Assembly (NCBI RefSeq): GCF_030028105.1 | Contig: NC_092402.1 | Coordinates: 51,170,352 to 51,234,351, forward strand | Source of the DNA: Mobula birostris | Lineage: Eukaryota | Length of the DNA: 64,000 bases | Direction: 5' to 3' | Shown: positions 61,390 through 64,000 of the stretch, piece after piece | How positions within the stretch are numbered: the first letter of the stretch is position 1 | Layout: every line of letters begins with the position of its first letter | The notes under the pieces: generated by a model | Databases searched by the model: none | Told to the model about the DNA's origin: nothing | What the model saw: only the letters and a program-made list of their open reading frames with translations | Program-made: the position numbers and the translations under genes

Positions 61390-62527
61390 TTTGCTGACAC
61401 ATCTAGTGCCTTGATGGTGTGCCAATCCAACTGGATTTTCCTGAGCCATTCACGTCCCAGCAACGGTGGTCCTCCATTTTTCAGTACAGAGAGGTTCAGC
61501 TGCTGTGTTTTGTCTCCGTAGGTCACTGTCACTTTAATTTTACCTTTGGGATGCACTTTCTTTCCTGTGCAAGTCTTTAGCAGTAGTTTAGTTCGTTTCA
61601 GAGGTATGTGAGAAAACAGTCATTTGTAGTCGTGTACAGAGATCACTGTTAAAGCTGAGCCTGTGTCCAACTCCATTTTCAGTCTCACACCTGCCACTTG
61701 TGGAGTGATCCATATTACTCTTTGATTATCTGTCTCTTTCATACTGTGAAGTTGCAGACAAGACAGTTCACTTTTGTCTGAACTGCTTTCTTCCATTTTG
61801 TGTACATTGTTGTGTTTTCCTTACTGGGGTTTCTTACTTCTCTGTATTTTGTCCTTTTTCTGCTGTTTACTAGCTTTGCATACTCTGCCCGTGTTTGCCA
61901 TAGTTTCTGCATTCTTTGACAGGCATCAGGGTCATGTGACATGCTCCCACAATGGTAACATTTCTTTCTTTCATTTCTGTTCAGTGACATTTTAGTCGTA
62001 GCATGTTCCAGAGATTTTTGTTGAATCTCTGAAGCAGCCTGTGCTGCTATTTCCGTTGATATTGTAATGTTCAGTGCCTTCTCTCATGTGAGGTCTTTTT
62101 CACCCAGGAGCTTCTTCTGTGTGGTTTCACAGTGCATGCCACACACTCAATGCATCTGATAGACCAGCTCCAAATTGACAATGTTCTGATAATTTGCGCA
62201 ATTCAGCACAATATTCAGAAATGCTTTCATTTTTGCTTTGATTCCGTTTGTGAAATTTAAATCTTTCAGCAGTGACCAGTGGTTTGGGATTTAAATGCTG
62301 TTGGAGAGTGTCACTATTTGCTTGAACGTTTTGTCAGCTGGCTTTTCAGGCGTTAACAAGCTCCGTAGCAGCCCGTATGTTTTTGCTCCCGTAATACTGA
62401 GTAAGATGTTGGCTTTCTTTTCATCATAAACACCGTTAGCCTCACAATATAACTCCACTCTCTCAATGTAAGTTGCCCAGTCTTCAATGCCACTATCAAA
62501 TGCTGTAATGGTTCCAATCATCGCCAT
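61390..62527 (-). pseudogene. Decayed gag-protease region of the Gypsy element
   Basis: EDWATYIERVELYCEAN..GAKTYGLLRSLLTPEKP..AERFKFHKRNQ..ESISEYCAELRKLSEHCQFG; aspartic protease LDTGS. Confidence 0.9.
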
Positions 62528-62681
62528 CCTTGTTATGTTAATTAAGCCCTGTTTTCCCTTTGTTTTCTTTTTGACTCGTGTGTTCTTTTTGCTAGTGCCA
62601 TGAGCGCACTCCGTCTAGATGTGTGTGTGTCTGTCTTTTTTATCTCCCTTCTGGGGCAGGCAGACCCTCAGCCCCTGGGGG

Positions 62682-62843
62682 TCAACGCTGGCTGTGGTCT
62701 CGGCGGGATGTGCTGCGGCTCCGACTGTGTCTCTTTGTCTCCCGATGTTCCCGACCCCGGCTGTGCTCCCGCTTCCTTTCGGACTCGCGGCCTTGCTCTG
62801 CCTCCTTCTCCTGCTCCTTGGCTTGTTCCATGCGCTCTTCCTC
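62682..62843 (-). pseudogene. ACIN1: Captured fragment of the ACIN1 (Acinus) C-terminus in the LTR element leader
   Basis: [53 protein letters not shown] compared with the recalled ACIN1 end ..[41 protein letters not shown]. Confidence 0.75.
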
Positions 62844-62909
62844 CGAGTGTCGTTATCAGTTAAAACAAGGTGTTCCGATACGATGTAGGTTCATTAGCCT
62901 CGTCGCCAA

Positions 62910-63130
62910 TTTGTTTATGTGGCCTGGCTACACAACAATGCTATTAATAAAAACGCTGGAGACGGGAGCTAAGTTTCATGGTTCTTTACTGGCAGAATCC
63001 GAACTTTAACGCACACATACAGATCAATACGCGCCTAATAACGCATGCTCAATATGCGCCTAATAGTGCATTCAACGACATGTTACTAAAACAAAGTAGT
63101 CCCTTATTATACTGTAGGCTATATGGTACA
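62910..63130 (-). repeat. 5' LTR
   Basis: Followed on the minus strand by the PBS; flanked by the TSD GTCTA. Confidence 0.95.
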
Positions 63131-63260
63131 GTCTACAACTGCATCTGTGGGATCAGAGACATGAGTGATGCAAGTAGGTCCTTTGGCCCAACAAATGCGT
63201 GGTGACCCAGTTCACCCACATTAGGACCATGTCCTTCTACACCTCAGCTGGTGACCCCCT

Positions 63261-64000
63261 CCCTATGTTCCCTCTAAGCTGTGCGCGCGCACGCACTCTT
63301 TTCAACCAGCGCACAAAGGCAATTAATGTGCGCACAAAAGGTTAGTTACCTAAAATAATGTAGTAATTAATAATTATACTTATTGAAAATAATCTTTTAG
63401 CTAAATGTTTCTGTTAATTAGTTAGTTTTTCAAATACCACAATGCACGTCACAAATTTGCATCACCTCACCTTTTCTGTTCCTGTTTGTACAGCTACATC
63501 ACGGCAGCAGCCATCTTTGGCAGACAGTGTTCATATCGTAAAGTTTACAAAGATCTGTTTCAAATCCTGTAGATAGCTTACTAAGTTTTTATTGAAAAAA
63601 ATATTGATTCACTATGTCGAATTCAAAAGAAGCGAAGGGCGTGAAGCGCAAAAGAACTGCAAATTTGTTTAAAGTTAAAAGGTGCAAATTTAAAGAAATT
63701 GCAGAGGCCTCTGAAAATGAAGCTGTTGCTTTCAGACCACTTAATGAAATCAAATGGTTATCTTGACACTTTGCATTGCAGGCAATAATAAAAAATTATG
63801 AGGCACTGATCACATACTTTGAAGAAGATCAGTCAAATGACCCTGTGGCTAAATACAGTCACGAGAAATTGATAAACATCACATACAAAGCAGCTTTACA
63901 GGTTTTAAGTGATGTCTTTGATGAACTGACTGCAGTGTGCAAGATTCTGCAAAACAGTGGCCTGACAATGATTGATTCACTTCATTTTGCGCGAGGCAAA
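63261..64000 (+). mobile_element. hAT (Tip100/ZNF862-like) DNA transposon, internally deleted; runs off the window
   Basis: Terminus ctatgttccctctaagctg. ORF from 63614: MSNSKEAKGVKRKR..LNEIKWLS*HFALQAIIKNYEALITYF..LSDVFDELTAVCKILQ, containing the hAT RWLS motif with a stop at 63764. Confidence 0.75.

Larger units (their letters stand above)
59893..63130 (-). mobile_element. Gypsy (Mag-like) LTR retrotransposon lacking RT/RH/IN and carrying captured host mRNA fragments
   Basis: LTRs at 59893-60116 and about 62910-63130 (outer termini TG..CA). 5-bp TSD GTCTA at 59888-92 and 63131-35. PBS TGGCGACGAGG at 62908-62898, complementary to the tRNA-Ser(GCT) 3' end. PPT AAAAGGGGAGGAG at 60129-60117. 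gag from 62527 with a CYHCG zinc-knuckle remnant; protease MELDTGS..LLGREWL. Confidence 0.95.

Noticed and set aside
1-64000. CRISPR arrays, tRNA or rRNA genes, prokaryotic systems
   Set aside because: None are seen. The tRNA-like boxes belong to SINE heads, and the tRNA-Ser match is only the 11-nt PBS.

Overview
This is vertebrate genomic DNA. The repeat content (CR1/HER1 LINEs, Rex1/Babar LINEs, HE1-like SINEs, Penelope-like elements) points to a cartilaginous fish, probably a ray. It contains three intron-containing genes. (1) A MOB4/phocein-family gene on the minus strand: 7 coding exons, with the last exon outside the window. (2) A complete 11-exon citrate synthase (CS) gene on the plus strand, 469 aa. 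(3) The first 9 coding exons of ANKRD52 on the plus strand. A MOB4 gene next to CS and ANKRD52 suggests a retained 2R ohnolog rather than canonical MOB4. The most unusual feature is a 3.2-kb Gypsy (Mag-like) LTR retrotransposon in ANKRD52 intron 9, with both LTRs, a TSD, a tRNA-Ser PBS and a PPT. It carries two captured host mRNA pieces. A full-length processed SUDS3 copy is fused in frame to the protease and replaces RT/RNaseH/integrase. The RS-rich C-terminus of ACIN1 sits in the leader. Other notable features are an RTE-derived element whose 5' end folds as an HDV-like ribozyme with a hairpin inserted in L3, a near-complete Sola2-like DNA transposon, a Penelope minimal hammerhead, and a duplicated in-frame splice donor after CS exon 6. 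All homology calls come from recalled sequences and manual translation, not from database searches.
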